Shown here piece after piece: positions 1 to 9,250 of a DNA stretch of 57,627 nucleotides. The stretch is from a virus: the IMG/VR virus record IMGVR_UViG_3300045988_128491; one strand, given 5' to 3'. Under the pieces are notes generated by a model, which ran no database searches, was not told the origin of the DNA, and worked only from the letters and a program-made list of their open reading frames with translations. The translations under genes were made by a program, and so were the position numbers. Position 1 is the first letter of the stretch, and every line of letters starts with the position of its first letter.

Positions 1-87
1 CTCTACTCTCACCACCTGCTAAACAAATATTCACTCTACTCTCACCACCTGCTAAACAAATATTCACTCTACTCTCACCACCTGCTA
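1..87. repeat. 33-bp tandem direct repeat, about 2.6 copies (unit ctctactctcaccacctgctaaacaaatattca). The same array reappears at the window end.
   Basis: Perfect unit copies at 1-33 and 34-66, partial copy at 67-87. Identical units at 57538-57627. Confidence 0.9.
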
Positions 88-149
88 AACTTAAAGCAAC
101 GTCTAATTTTTTTGTTGTGACAAGCTACCCCTGCCAGCTAAACACACTA

Positions 150-665
150 TCATGGAACAAAGCTTTTCCCGCAGTGCGGACATATCACTTCATCTTCTGA
201 CGCAGCATCTGTGGTAATATCCTCATCTGCCTCGTCCTGTGACTGCTCCTTGGCAGGTGAATCCTCAAAGAAATCACCATACCCCTCAGAGGCAGGCATG
301 TCGAATTTAAACTCTGACATATCAAAGTCCATAGCCTGCAGCTCTGCAATTTCAGCATCCAGCTTTTCAAAGTCCCAGCCACTCAGTTCAGAGGTCTTAT
401 TATCGACCAGTCTAAAGGCCTTTACCTGTTCCGGTGTCAAATCTTCCTTTCTAATAACTGGTACTTTTTCGAGTCCCAGCTTCTCAGCAGCCAGCAGTCT
501 AGTATGACCATTAATAACCACATTGTCACTGTCCACAACAATTGGATTTGTGAAGCCAAATTCCTTAATACTTTTGGCTACTGTATCAACTGCCTGCTCA
601 TTGTTTCTAGGATTGTTAGCATAAGGAACCAAGTCCTTTACCGCCATAGCAATTACTTTTACCAT
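150..665 (-). CDS. ParB-like nuclease domain protein (ParB N-terminal domain)
   Basis: Motifs KDLVPYANNPRNN and INGHTRLLAAEKLGLEKVPV match the ParB N-terminal domain. RBS AAGGAGTG lies 7 nt upstream of the ATG at 665. C-terminus has CPHCG. Confidence 0.8.
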   Translation of the reverse strand: MVKVIAMAVKDLVPYANNPRNNEQAVDTVAKSIKEFGFTNPIVVDSDNVVINGHTRLLAAEKLGLEKVPVIRKEDLTPEQVKAFRLVDNKTSELSGWDFEKLDAEIAELQAMDFDMSEFKFDMPASEGYGDFFEDSPAKEQSQDEADEDITTDAASEDEVICPHCGKSFVP

Positions 666-692
666 GTTTTCACTCCTTAAATTTACGCAACG

Positions 693-728
693 AAAAAGGA
701 CAGAACTCTTTACAGCTCTGCCCTTTTT
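693..728. terminator. Imperfect hairpin flanked by an A5 run and a T5 run (bidirectional terminator or attenuator)
   Basis: aaaaaGGACAGAACTCtttaCAGCTCTGCCCttttt between the sigma-like gene and the ParB-like gene. Confidence 0.3.
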
Positions 729-803
729 CGTGAATGAGAAACTACTAATATTTAGGGGGTAAAGATTATGCGCGAGACACCTCTCTACCTGTGGACATGA
801 TAT

Positions 804-812
804 ATTATATCA
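804..812 (-). promoter_or_regulatory. Candidate extended -10 element (TGaTATAAT) on the minus strand upstream of the ParB-like gene. Possible late promoter.
   Basis: Minus-strand reading gtcaagTGTGATATAATatatcatg. The -35 is weak. Confidence 0.2.
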
Positions 813-849
813 CACTTGACACGAAAATGCGGAAGTTTTTTCACATTTT

Positions 850-1335
850 TTATAAAAAATATATTTTCTCCTCAGCAGCTTTCCCAAATAGCAATACTGC
901 GAGTCTTTTCTCTGCCTGTCTTGCCTGGATACGTACCCATCTTGATGTTATGTGCATTTCCTTAGAAATCTCAAGGGTAGACAGGTGTCTGAAATACAGC
1001 TTAGATATTAACACTTTATCCTCTGTGTCCAGCTTGCCAATACCCCAAAGCAGATTAGACAAAAATGATTTTACTAAGTTTGCTTTGTCCTGTAAATCTG
1101 CTTTTTCACTCTTTAACTTCATTCTCCTACTTGCGGCCCTCTCAACAGGGGTAAGCTCAGAACCTCCTCCCTGCTCCAGCCCATATGTCGTTGTCTTTAT
1201 GCTTTCATCAGCAAGTTCCAAATCTATCTCGTCACATCTGGCAAAAGCCTTTTCTACATAATCCATATACTTGTTATAGTTATCAAGGTAACTCCTGGTC
1301 AGCTTGACATAATCATTTGAATTTAAGACACACAT
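850..1335 (-). CDS. Sigma-70 region-4-like phage late transcriptional activator (ArpU/RinA-type position)
   Basis: C-terminal HTH LSTLEISKEMHITSRWVRIQARQAEKRL resembles sigma-70 region 4. AGGAGG lies 8 nt before the internal ATG at 1335. It sits at the end of the early region before the packaging genes. Confidence 0.55.
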   Translation of the reverse strand: MCVLNSNDYVKLTRSYLDNYNKYMDYVEKAFARCDEIDLELADESIKTTTYGLEQGGGSELTPVERAASRRMKLKSEKADLQDKANLVKSFLSNLLWGIGKLDTEDKVLISKLYFRHLSTLEISKEMHITSRWVRIQARQAEKRLAVLLFGKAAEEKIYFL

Positions 1336-1339
1336 AATA

Positions 1340-2701
1340 CTAGCCTCCTGCATACTCTTTTATTCTTGCTTTTACTGCTTCAAGCATTGAGTCCTGACTT
1401 TTGCCCTTACTCTCCAATGCCCTCATAACATCCTCGTCAATAGTACCTTCTGCAATTAAATGATGTATTACTACTGCATGTTCTTGTCCTGACCTGTGCA
1501 ACCTCTTATTTGCTTGCTGATAAAGCTCTAGGCTCCATGTCAGTGAGTACCAAATGGCAGTATATCCACCAAATTGCAGATTAAGTCCATGCCCTGCCGA
1601 AGCCGGGTGCACTAACAGCATTTTTATCTTGCCTGCATTCCAATCTTCTATATCTTCACTGGTTTTCAGTTCGCGTGCATATGGGAAATTTTTCTTCAGC
1701 TGAACGAGGTCGTGATTGAACCAGTAGAAAATTAAATAGCTTGTATGTTCGTTTAACTCGACCAATTCTTTCAAAGCCTGTATTTTTTCATCATGCAGGT
1801 GTACTATTTCTCTATTCTCATTGTAAATACAGCCATTTGCAAGCTGTAGTAATTTACCTGTCACTACACCAGCAGAACCTGCTGTTAGAACGTCGTTTGC
1901 AACTTCTAGTACATAATCCCTTTCCATCTTTTTATACATGGCTCTATCACGCTCTGACAGCTTCACAGGCACCTTATTGTATATCACCTCCGGTAATTTT
2001 AAATAATCTTTTGATTTCATGCTTACACAAATATCACTTATTCTGCGTAGTATCTCTTTATCGTCTCCATCATTAAGACACCACTCATATGTCACATAGC
2101 CGTTGCCCCTGCCAGGTGTGTAAAACCTTCTTCTGAAAGCCGTAATCGTTTTGCCAAGCCTTTCTCCCATATCCAGTAGATACATCTGACTCCACAAATC
2201 CATCAAGCCATTAGGTGATGGTGTGCCTGTAAGCTCGACAATTCTTTTTATCAAAGGCCTTACTTTTCTCAAGTCTTTAAACCTTTTAGATTTTGGGGAT
2301 TTAAAGGAAGATGATTCATCAATGACTACCATATCAAAATCCCAATTGCCTTTATACAGATTTACCAGCCAAGACACCATATCCCGGTTAATAACGTAAA
2401 TGTCTGCACCTGCTTTTAAGGCTTCCATACGCTGCTTGGCACTGCCCACAACCACGGAAATTTTTAAATCCTTGGTATGGTCCCAGTTTTTTACTTCAGC
2501 AGGCCATGTGCTTTCTGCTACTCTTTTTGGCGCAATTACCAGTACTTTGCTTACCTCAAAATAATCATACATCAGCTCCTTAATTGCTGTAAGAGTGACT
2601 ACTGTTTTGCCTAATCCCATATCAAGCATGAGAGCCAAAGCAGGTTTTTCAATTACCTGCTCCACTGCATATGCCTGATAAGGTCTAGGTATGAACCTCA
2701 T
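1340..2701 (-). CDS. SNF2-family DNA helicase
   Basis: Motif I LDMGLGKT, motif II VVIDESS and C-terminal helicase motifs. 453 aa. Confidence 0.8.
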   Translation of the reverse strand: MRFIPRPYQAYAVEQVIEKPALALMLDMGLGKTVVTLTAIKELMYDYFEVSKVLVIAPKRVAESTWPAEVKNWDHTKDLKISVVVGSAKQRMEALKAGADIYVINRDMVSWLVNLYKGNWDFDMVVIDESSSFKSPKSKRFKDLRKVRPLIKRIVELTGTPSPNGLMDLWSQMYLLDMGERLGKTITAFRRRFYTPGRGNGYVTYEWCLNDGDDKEILRRISDICVSMKSKDYLKLPEVIYNKVPVKLSERDRAMYKKMERDYVLEVANDVLTAGSAGVVTGKLLQLANGCIYNENREIVHLHDEKIQALKELVELNEHTSYLIFYWFNHDLVQLKKNFPYARELKTSEDIEDWNAGKIKMLLVHPASAGHGLNLQFGGYTAIWYSLTWSLELYQQANKRLHRSGQEHAVVIHHLIAEGTIDEDVMRALESKGKSQDSMLEAVKARIKEYAGG

Positions 2702-2814
2702 TACACATTACCCTCTTTCCCTATTTTTATTTTTAAGCTAGTATAAGCTGATTTAAACCACCATTAACAACTTCTGTATATAATTTGCCCTGCAACTATT
2801 CTTCGTCGCTGTAA

Positions 2815-3105
2815 TCAGCTCCTATCATTTATAATCACCAGCTTGCAGAAATCATCAACCTCAGCTTTCGTGGAAATCACTCCTGCCCACACATTGTGAC
2901 TTTTCAACTTTTGTATGCACATGGTTTGTAACTTCCTGATTTTGCCTCCAGGTCTTTTCAACTCCACAAAATACACCTTTCCTGTTTTGGATATAATGAC
3001 TCTGTCTGGTACTCCTACATTTCCTGGCGACACAAACTTAAAAACTAGACAACCTTGGTCAATAAGTTTATGTCTAAAATACTTTTCTATGTCTTTTTCC
3101 AGCAC
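2815..3105 (-). CDS. VRR-NUC domain nuclease
   Basis: PD-(D/E)XK-like GVPDRVII...VYFVELKRPGGK. GTG start with GGAGG RBS. 96 aa. Confidence 0.65.
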   Translation of the reverse strand: MLEKDIEKYFRHKLIDQGCLVFKFVSPGNVGVPDRVIISKTGKVYFVELKRPGGKIRKLQTMCIQKLKSHNVWAGVISTKAEVDDFCKLVIINDRS

Positions 3106-3406
3106 TTTTACTATCCTCCGGTATCAACTTTTACCATGCAAATGTTCTCAGCAATTACAGCAAAGCCTTGATTTACAAGGGTTTCTAATTAAAAAGAACA
3201 TATGCAGCGTAAAAATTAAGAAAAAACTCCATAACTTTTTATATGGCTATTTTATTACTAATCAGGTAGCTTATATAACAAAAGCTATATATCACATTTG
3301 TATCCCCCTTTTTCCTGTATACATACTCTTATAGAAAATGTATGTCTTTTTACACGGCATATGTTCTAAATGTAGTATTTATATGATGTTATGTGCTGTT
3401 CGACAA

Positions 3407-3545
3407 ACACTTGCGGTGTAAAAAATCATATTGACTTTTTGATGTTATCGTGTAAATCTAAAAAAAGTCCACCCTATGTGTACATTTCATAATAGAAATG
3501 GCCTTAAAATAGTAAAAGTGATTTTTACTTTTACACCGCAAGTGT
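3407..3545. promoter_or_regulatory. AT-rich intergenic region with a perfect 17-bp inverted repeat (ACACTTGCGGTGTAAAA at 3407-3423 and TTTTACACCGCAAGTGT at 3529-3545) flanking 105 bp. Candidate replication origin or regulatory element.
   Basis: Seen directly. The roughly 450-bp noncoding gap 3106-3563 lies between the primase and VRR-NUC genes. A tandem gttcggtgttcggt follows at 3546. Confidence 0.3.
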
Positions 3546-3563
3546 TCGGTGTTCGGTTTATTT

Positions 3564-6041
3564 TTAACTCAACATTTCTTTCATGTTTTCCTCCTCTGTA
3601 AAAGTTGCATCTTTTTCAGTTATATAAGACCTTTGCTGCCCGTAGGCTTTACCAAAAGATACATGCCTTTGTCCATTTTTATACAGATGAAATTCTTCCA
3701 GCTGGTCAAGTGCGCCTCGAATCTCTTTTCTTTTGTAATTAGGAAAATCACTAGGTTTGTTGCCTAAAAGCTCACACCATACCTCAATAGGACTTATTCT
3801 TGTCCTTTCCATGCTGTCCTCTTCGTCTACCTCAAAAGCTGTACCTCTGAAATAATTCTGCCTTGTTGGTAAATCAAGCTGATACCAGTTTTTGGGAATC
3901 CTGACCTTGACAAACTCCTGAATCATGCCAAGCAGCGTATCTTCCTCAGTGAAAGCCTTCTGTACTTTTTTGGCCTCCTGCTCCATCTCCTCACCTATCC
4001 ACAGTGACTCTTTTTTCTTATATGCTTCCAAAGCCTCTGCCCAAATCTGGTCTACATTGCTTTCCATCTCTTTGCTCCACAAAACAGGATTTTTCTTGCG
4101 TACTGCTATCGGGAAAAAACGTCTGTTGCCTGTCTTATCCTGTAAAAATACAGCGTCATTAGTAGTACCAATGAAAATGCACTGTCTAGGAAATTCACTG
4201 AGTCTTCTGCCGTATGGAACTCTATAAATATCACTCTGCTTAGAGATGAATAACTTTGTAGCTTCTACTTCCGATTTCTTCAATGCAGCCAACTCTCCCA
4301 TCTCAATAATCCAACAGCCTCTGAGCTGTTCATAAGCATCTTTACCCTGCACACCAGTAAGCGAATCGCTAAACCATTTCTTCCCCAGTCTTTTCAGTAA
4401 ATAGCTTTTGCCAATACCCTGCGGTCCCTCCAGCACAACCATGTTGTCAAACTTAACTCCTGGCTCCTGCACTCTTGCAACTGCAGCTATTAAAGTCTTG
4501 CGGGTTACCATGCGGGTGTATGCAGTATCCTCTGCTCCTAAGTAATCTATAAATACGGTATCAAGTCTTTTAATACCGTCCCACTTCAAGCTCCTGAGAT
4601 ACTCACGCACCCTGTGAAACGCTTTACGCTTGGATACATTAACGATTTCATCTTCTATCTTGGCTCTATTATCAATGCCATAAACCGTCTCCATCATGTA
4701 TCTTAGCTCAGAGTCGTCGCTATCATTCCAGTGTGGGTCATTATCATCAAGGCATCGCCATCTAGGTTTTTCCAGCACCGCTATCCTGCCTGCAAACAAG
4801 TCATAGCCAAAACAGCCCTTTATGCTAGGGTCGTTCTCCAAGATAATTCTGATATTAAACCGTGTCCCTAGTATCTCCCCGGTCTTTTCGTTGAGTTTGA
4901 GTTTAGCAGTCCAGTTCATATCAGCTTCGCTATCATCGTCCGTGATAACCTCAAAATCTTCTCCGGCCTCAGCTCTTTTTTCTTTGGCAATGAGTATTTT
5001 TACGTTATCGTCTTTGCTAGCCAGCTTGCACATAGCTGTATAACTTGGAAGTTTGGTAGGACTGTCGACACTTTTCCCATCGTCAAGCTCAGAAAACTTT
5101 TGTAACCTCACAAGGTCGAAAGCATTGCAGAGCTGCATGGAGCATGGGTCGGTAGCATGATGTGAATACAGAAATTTATCTTCATACACCACTGCACCAC
5201 CTGTTGTACTGCCAGCCTTAAATGTGTATCTACCATCTTTGCAGGGGTCATACACATCTGAAAGATACTCATCGATAACCTCAGGCACTGAGTATGCTCT
5301 ACAGAAAAGCCCTACGATGCCATGTTTCTCTAATGGATCCTCCTGCTTTTTCATGGCTTTGCTGATGATGTGATCTACCCTGCTTGATACCGGCCAGCTT
5401 GCCTGGTCTGTCCAATCTTCATACCTTGCAAGTACAGTATCAGCTTTTAAAATACTGCAATCTTTGTATTTAAAGACCACAGGGCCATCAAGGGAGGCAC
5501 TAGGGTAGTACATAAGCCTGTGAGCTTCGTATGTAGTATCATCGAAACGGTCAATGCCAATGTCCTCAGCTAATTTCCTCGCAATAGCCTGATACTCGTC
5601 TACAGTAACCAGTCTGTCAACAGGGATAACCAGTCTCAGTCTTGGACTGTCTTCAGTGTGCTTATGTGTGCTATACACGCAGCAGGCATAATCTGTGAAC
5701 ATCTCCACGATGTCCCAAAAATCAGTACCGGCATAATCAGCATCAAGTGTGATAAGTTGCCTGCCCTCAACTGAGCTTGCACATCTCCTGCCGCCTGTAA
5801 GAACTCCACCAACAAAACCCCCGATGTCCTTTATATCGTCCTGCCTGTCCTTAGACATCTTTCTGTATTCAGACATGGTTTCACCTGTCCGCCTACAATC
5901 TGATAACCTAGACAGGAGCTTAGACCAGGACACGACTCCGTTTTTCCAATGTTTGCTTTTCCTGCTACTAGCTGTGGCTATACTTAAAATAGCATCATGA
6001 GCCACATGGATTTCCTGTAGTCTTTTATCAATAGCTGCCAT
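3564..6041 (-). CDS. DNA primase-polymerase fused to a VirE/D5-like P-loop NTPase
   Basis: Walker A GPQGIGKS in the C-terminal half, VirE-like region, N-terminal primase-polymerase-like region. About 825 aa. Typical replication-module neighbours. Confidence 0.7.
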   Translation of the reverse strand: MAAIDKRLQEIHVAHDAILSIATASSRKSKHWKNGVVSWSKLLSRLSDCRRTGETMSEYRKMSKDRQDDIKDIGGFVGGVLTGGRRCASSVEGRQLITLDADYAGTDFWDIVEMFTDYACCVYSTHKHTEDSPRLRLVIPVDRLVTVDEYQAIARKLAEDIGIDRFDDTTYEAHRLMYYPSASLDGPVVFKYKDCSILKADTVLARYEDWTDQASWPVSSRVDHIISKAMKKQEDPLEKHGIVGLFCRAYSVPEVIDEYLSDVYDPCKDGRYTFKAGSTTGGAVVYEDKFLYSHHATDPCSMQLCNAFDLVRLQKFSELDDGKSVDSPTKLPSYTAMCKLASKDDNVKILIAKEKRAEAGEDFEVITDDDSEADMNWTAKLKLNEKTGEILGTRFNIRIILENDPSIKGCFGYDLFAGRIAVLEKPRWRCLDDNDPHWNDSDDSELRYMMETVYGIDNRAKIEDEIVNVSKRKAFHRVREYLRSLKWDGIKRLDTVFIDYLGAEDTAYTRMVTRKTLIAAVARVQEPGVKFDNMVVLEGPQGIGKSYLLKRLGKKWFSDSLTGVQGKDAYEQLRGCWIIEMGELAALKKSEVEATKLFISKQSDIYRVPYGRRLSEFPRQCIFIGTTNDAVFLQDKTGNRRFFPIAVRKKNPVLWSKEMESNVDQIWAEALEAYKKKESLWIGEEMEQEAKKVQKAFTEEDTLLGMIQEFVKVRIPKNWYQLDLPTRQNYFRGTAFEVDEEDSMERTRISPIEVWCELLGNKPSDFPNYKRKEIRGALDQLEEFHLYKNGQRHVSFGKAYGQQRSYITEKDATFTEEENMKEMLS

Positions 6042-6043
6042 AA

Positions 6044-7684
6044 TCACGCCGCCTTACTTACTTTTTCTTTATCTATATCTTTAGTATCAATCAGGATTCT
6101 AGCCTCCTTGCACCATTTTAAAATAGTGTCATTTATTTCCGTATCTTCCTTTACTGATTTGTTATATTTCAACTTAGCCTGCACCAAGCAGTTTTCCTTG
6201 ATTTCCAAGCAGGCTATAAGCTCATTTCCTTTTGCTATCACACAAATCCACCTCTCATGAGCCAGCACTTTGTCAGCATATGTTCCTACGCAGTTATGTA
6301 GTTCATTGCCTACTGCCAGCAGCTCATTTGCTGAAAGCGGTACATGAGCTGTAAAACCGTCTACAGGCACCTCATATCGGTGCTTGATATACTCAGGTAC
6401 CTTAAGGCTGTAGTCCTCGCCTTTTTGGCTGTTTATAACCTTTACCAGCCAATCATGGGCCTCTGCCAGCTTAATATGCTCGCTCAGATACAGCTTCCTG
6501 TTTTTATCATTCAGCTTCATCTCCATGTTATAAGTATCTTTAATCTGCCAGGAGCTGATGTTACCTTTATTAAGGAAATTCTGCACTTCGCTTATAGACC
6601 TGTATGTAAGCCAATAGGCAATATAATCTATGATTTTAAGGCTCTCTGTATTAGCATTAATCCTACTGATAAATTTCATGCAGGTTTCATACAATCCAGC
6701 AGCCACATCAGCCTTGTTCCCTGCCTTGCACATGCAGAATTTCAATACCTGGGCTGTTAGTGGATTCTTTGAAATAATTTTACGGGTAATAGCAGATTTA
6801 GGGATAGTGAAAGCATCAAGTATTCTGTCAACATCACCCACCGTGCTTTTATCCTTATTATCAATTAGCAACTGGCGATAGCTGTCCGACATCCACTCCA
6901 CAGTTCCTACCTTATTTGCTACTGCTGTCCAGTCAGGCAGTAGGTCAATATCCGGGAACCGCATTTTTAATCCCAAATTGAAAAGTTGTCTTGCCATCAT
7001 GCCCCAGCCTTTACCTCTGCTGACATAGGCCCTAGGCTTAAAGCCATAAGTCTCTTTGTATTTCCTGCATACAGTTTCTCGCAGGTTCTTTAAGAGAGTG
7101 CCAACCTTTTTCTCCACTTTGCAGCAGTGGTTGAAATGGCTGATATACTTTATCATCGAGTTTGTAAACAGCTCTCTTTTACCAAAAGGGTCTGACAGTT
7201 CTACTTCTTGGTCCTTTAGGAAATTCCTAACCTTGGACTTAGCATAAAAAGCTTTCCTGTTCTTAATGTCATATGTAAATCTTTCAAACTGTACACTTTT
7301 CTGACAGTAGCCCGTACTGTCCAGCAGTATTGTGTCATAACGAATATCAAGAGCTACCTTTTCTTTGTACTCACTGATTTTCATATCAGCTGAAATAGGT
7401 ATATCTCCCTTAGTACCCTGATAACCCCACAGTGTCTGAAAGTCTTTACAGGATTTATAGTTAGTCCACCTTTGACTACAAGCTGGGCAAGTCACAGCAC
7501 TGTCGTTATAAATGGAGCCACCCATGTATGATTGCAATCTATGCACTACTTTGAAGTTAGTACCACATCTTACACAGTGATATGCAGCCTCATAGTACGC
7601 ATAGCCGTGATAGGAGCTGTTTGTAATCTCTATGCCAGCCCCTTTATAAATACTCTCAATATACAGTCCATCAATATATTTCAT
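6044..7684 (-). CDS. Hypothetical 546-aa protein with N-terminal zinc-ribbon cysteines and a C-terminal HNCVG motif. Possibly PcfJ-like.
   Basis: Strong RBS TAGGAGTAAAAATT before the internal ATG at 7684 (MKYIDGLY). CVRCG...CPAC near the N-terminus. ELHNCVGTY near the C-terminus. Confidence 0.45.
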   Translation of the reverse strand: MKYIDGLYIESIYKGAGIEITNSSYHGYAYYEAAYHCVRCGTNFKVVHRLQSYMGGSIYNDSAVTCPACSQRWTNYKSCKDFQTLWGYQGTKGDIPISADMKISEYKEKVALDIRYDTILLDSTGYCQKSVQFERFTYDIKNRKAFYAKSKVRNFLKDQEVELSDPFGKRELFTNSMIKYISHFNHCCKVEKKVGTLLKNLRETVCRKYKETYGFKPRAYVSRGKGWGMMARQLFNLGLKMRFPDIDLLPDWTAVANKVGTVEWMSDSYRQLLIDNKDKSTVGDVDRILDAFTIPKSAITRKIISKNPLTAQVLKFCMCKAGNKADVAAGLYETCMKFISRINANTESLKIIDYIAYWLTYRSISEVQNFLNKGNISSWQIKDTYNMEMKLNDKNRKLYLSEHIKLAEAHDWLVKVINSQKGEDYSLKVPEYIKHRYEVPVDGFTAHVPLSANELLAVGNELHNCVGTYADKVLAHERWICVIAKGNELIACLEIKENCLVQAKLKYNKSVKEDTEINDTILKWCKEARILIDTKDIDKEKVSKAA

Positions 7685-7712
7685 AATTTTTACTCCTATA
7701 CTAGAAATGAAA

Positions 7713-7946
7713 CTATTTGCTGTTCTTACCTTCCAGCTTGTCAATAAGAACCTGCACATGCATCCGCAGGGCCTTTGCTGAATCAATCAAATCATTTGTA
7801 GCTTTCATAGCCTTTATGCTGCAGGCAATGCCGATTTCCTTTTCATATTTAAGTACCTCGACTCTGTTCCTGTTAGCAACCATCAAATCTGCCCAGGCTT
7901 CGCTAATCATTCCCATGCACTGTCCCATAGTTCTCTGCTTAATCAT
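7713..7946 (-). CDS. hypothetical protein
   Basis: ORF with AAGAAGG RBS. 77 aa. Confidence 0.45.
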   Translation of the reverse strand: MIKQRTMGQCMGMISEAWADLMVANRNRVEVLKYEKEIGIACSIKAMKATNDLIDSAKALRMHVQVLIDKLEGKNSK

Positions 7947-7964
7947 TACATCGGCCTTCTTTCG

Positions 7965-8150
7965 TTAATCATTTCCTGCAATATCCCAATCACGAGGGTA
8001 GTTAATTACACAATTTTCCAGTGAAAAACCGTTATCCACATAGACGATAAAGGGACACACTTTGCAAGCATCGTTACCGTACCTATCCACCCTCGCCATA
8101 CAGTAGTTGTACAGCTCTTTCGCATTTTCTACTGCCTCTGCGTCAACCAT
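7965..8150 (-). CDS. hypothetical small Cys-containing protein
   Basis: 61-aa ORF with CKVCP. Confidence 0.4.
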   Translation of the reverse strand: MVDAEAVENAKELYNYCMARVDRYGNDACKVCPFIVYVDNGFSLENCVINYPRDWDIAGND

Positions 8151-8254
8151 TCCCTAACACCCCAGTCTTCCATGACAACCTTTGCCAGTGTTCTGCCAAT
8201 CTCAAACAGGAACCCTGTTCCTACTACAGCAAAAAGCATAAATACATAAGTCAT
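8129..8254 (-). CDS. small hydrophobic peptide (41 aa, one transmembrane segment)
   Basis: RBS AAGGAGGAAAATAA then ATG. ATGA overlap with the upstream stop. MTYVFMLFAVVGTGFLFEIGRTLAKVVMEDWGVREWLTQRQ. Confidence 0.4.
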   Translation of the reverse strand: MTYVFMLFAVVGTGFLFEIGRTLAKVVMEDWGVREWLTQRQ

Positions 8255-8712
8255 TTATTTTCCTCCTTAAGTTCTGCTACTCCCTCTGCTACCATCACAG
8301 CTTTACCAGCTATGCAGTTACCGCAGTCAACTTTTTGGCAGTCGATGTTTTTAAACAAACAGTCCTTACACTCATCGGCTTCACCTGCTGTATCTCTATA
8401 AGGGCAGGCTCCTGGACAAACTGAACAAATTTTAATTTCCTTGCCGCAGTGTTCACATACACCTAGCAGTCTTTCGTCACAATGCCCATGAGTTTCTTTG
8501 CCGCAGTGATAGCACTCCTCGTCGTACCAAGTCAGCTGATGGTAATCTCCCTCAAGCCATTCGGTAATAGCCTGCTCGCAGGTTTTGTTGTCGCAAGTGC
8601 CATCTTCATGGGCGTTGCAAGCAATACACCGATTTCCTGATACATTTATCAGGAATTTAGCTAATCGTTCATCAGGTAAGTTCTTTAACCAGTTTCTATT
8701 TGTCATAATCAT
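8251..8712 (-). CDS. cysteine-rich protein (multiple CxxC pairs, possible zinc ribbons)
   Basis: 153 aa from the internal ATG. At least 20 Cys in CxxC and CxC patterns. N-terminus MIMTNRNWLKNLPDERLAKFL is shared with two small upstream ORFs. Confidence 0.55.
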   Translation of the reverse strand: MIMTNRNWLKNLPDERLAKFLINVSGNRCIACNAHEDGTCDNKTCEQAITEWLEGDYHQLTWYDEECYHCGKETHGHCDERLLGVCEHCGKEIKICSVCPGACPYRDTAGEADECKDCLFKNIDCQKVDCGNCIAGKAVMVAEGVAELKEENK

Positions 8713-8819
8713 TTTATCCACCTAAAAGCCTCTCTAAGCCAAAGAAATATAATCAATCCCAGTAGTACGATTATCAGCCCAACTCCTGCTAGCGCTATGA
8801 ATATAAGTGCATTAAGCAT
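8709..8819 (-). CDS. small hydrophobic peptide (36 aa, one transmembrane segment)
   Basis: RBS GGAGGAAAATCA then ATG. Stop overlaps the next start (ATGA). MLNALIFIALAGVGLIIVLLGLIIFLWLREAFRWIK. Confidence 0.4.
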   Translation of the reverse strand: MLNALIFIALAGVGLIIVLLGLIIFLWLREAFRWIK

Positions 8820-8850
8820 TGATTTTCCTCCTCTACATCAACAAGAATAG

Positions 8851-9105
8851 TTACAGCATTTCTTTTCCGGTCTTTTGTCTAATCCTGGAAAACAAGTCGC
8901 ATATATCGTCTTTGTTGTTAAAAAGGCATTCCTGACAATGCCTACCTATAGACGTACAGTAATTTACCAAAATATCAACTGCTGTAAGTGCTGCTATGTC
9001 AGCTGAGTGAGCATCCCAATAGCCTTTGCGCACTACCTGCTTTGCGAAATAACTAAATGTGTTCTCTAGCTGTCTCATTAATATATCATCGTTCATTTTT
9101 CTCAT
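8851..9105 (-). CDS. hypothetical protein
   Basis: ORF. The internal ATG (MRKMNDD) is favoured over the TTG at 9153. Confidence 0.45.
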   Translation of the reverse strand: MRKMNDDILMRQLENTFSYFAKQVVRKGYWDAHSADIAALTAVDILVNYCTSIGRHCQECLFNNKDDICDLFSRIRQKTGKEML

Positions 9106-9250
9106 TCCCTTTCCAAACTCTATTCCATGCACATGCCTCTGGGAGTTGCACAACCTCTATGAATATATCTGCCAGCCTAGTATCATCTACCTGCTCTAGG
9201 ACTCCATTAATTTTCTTAATTGCGTACTCTCTGTTAGTCATTATCTTCAT
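9086..9250 (-). CDS. small protein (54 aa) with an MKIMTNREY N-terminus
   Basis: RBS CAGGAG then ATG. ATGA-type overlaps on both sides. N-terminus paralogous to the 8251-8712 and 9234-9401 ORFs. Confidence 0.35.
   Translation of the reverse strand: MKIMTNREYAIKKINGVLEQVDDTRLADIFIEVVQLPEACAWNRVWKGNEKNER

Noticed and set aside
1-87. Regularly spaced 33-bp repeats as a possible CRISPR array
   Set aside because: The units are directly tandem with no spacers, so this is an iteron or tandem repeat.
3380-3420. GTTCGAC resembling a tRNA T-loop in the intergenic region
   Set aside because: No flanking T-stem or acceptor-stem complementarity could be drawn, so it is not a tRNA.
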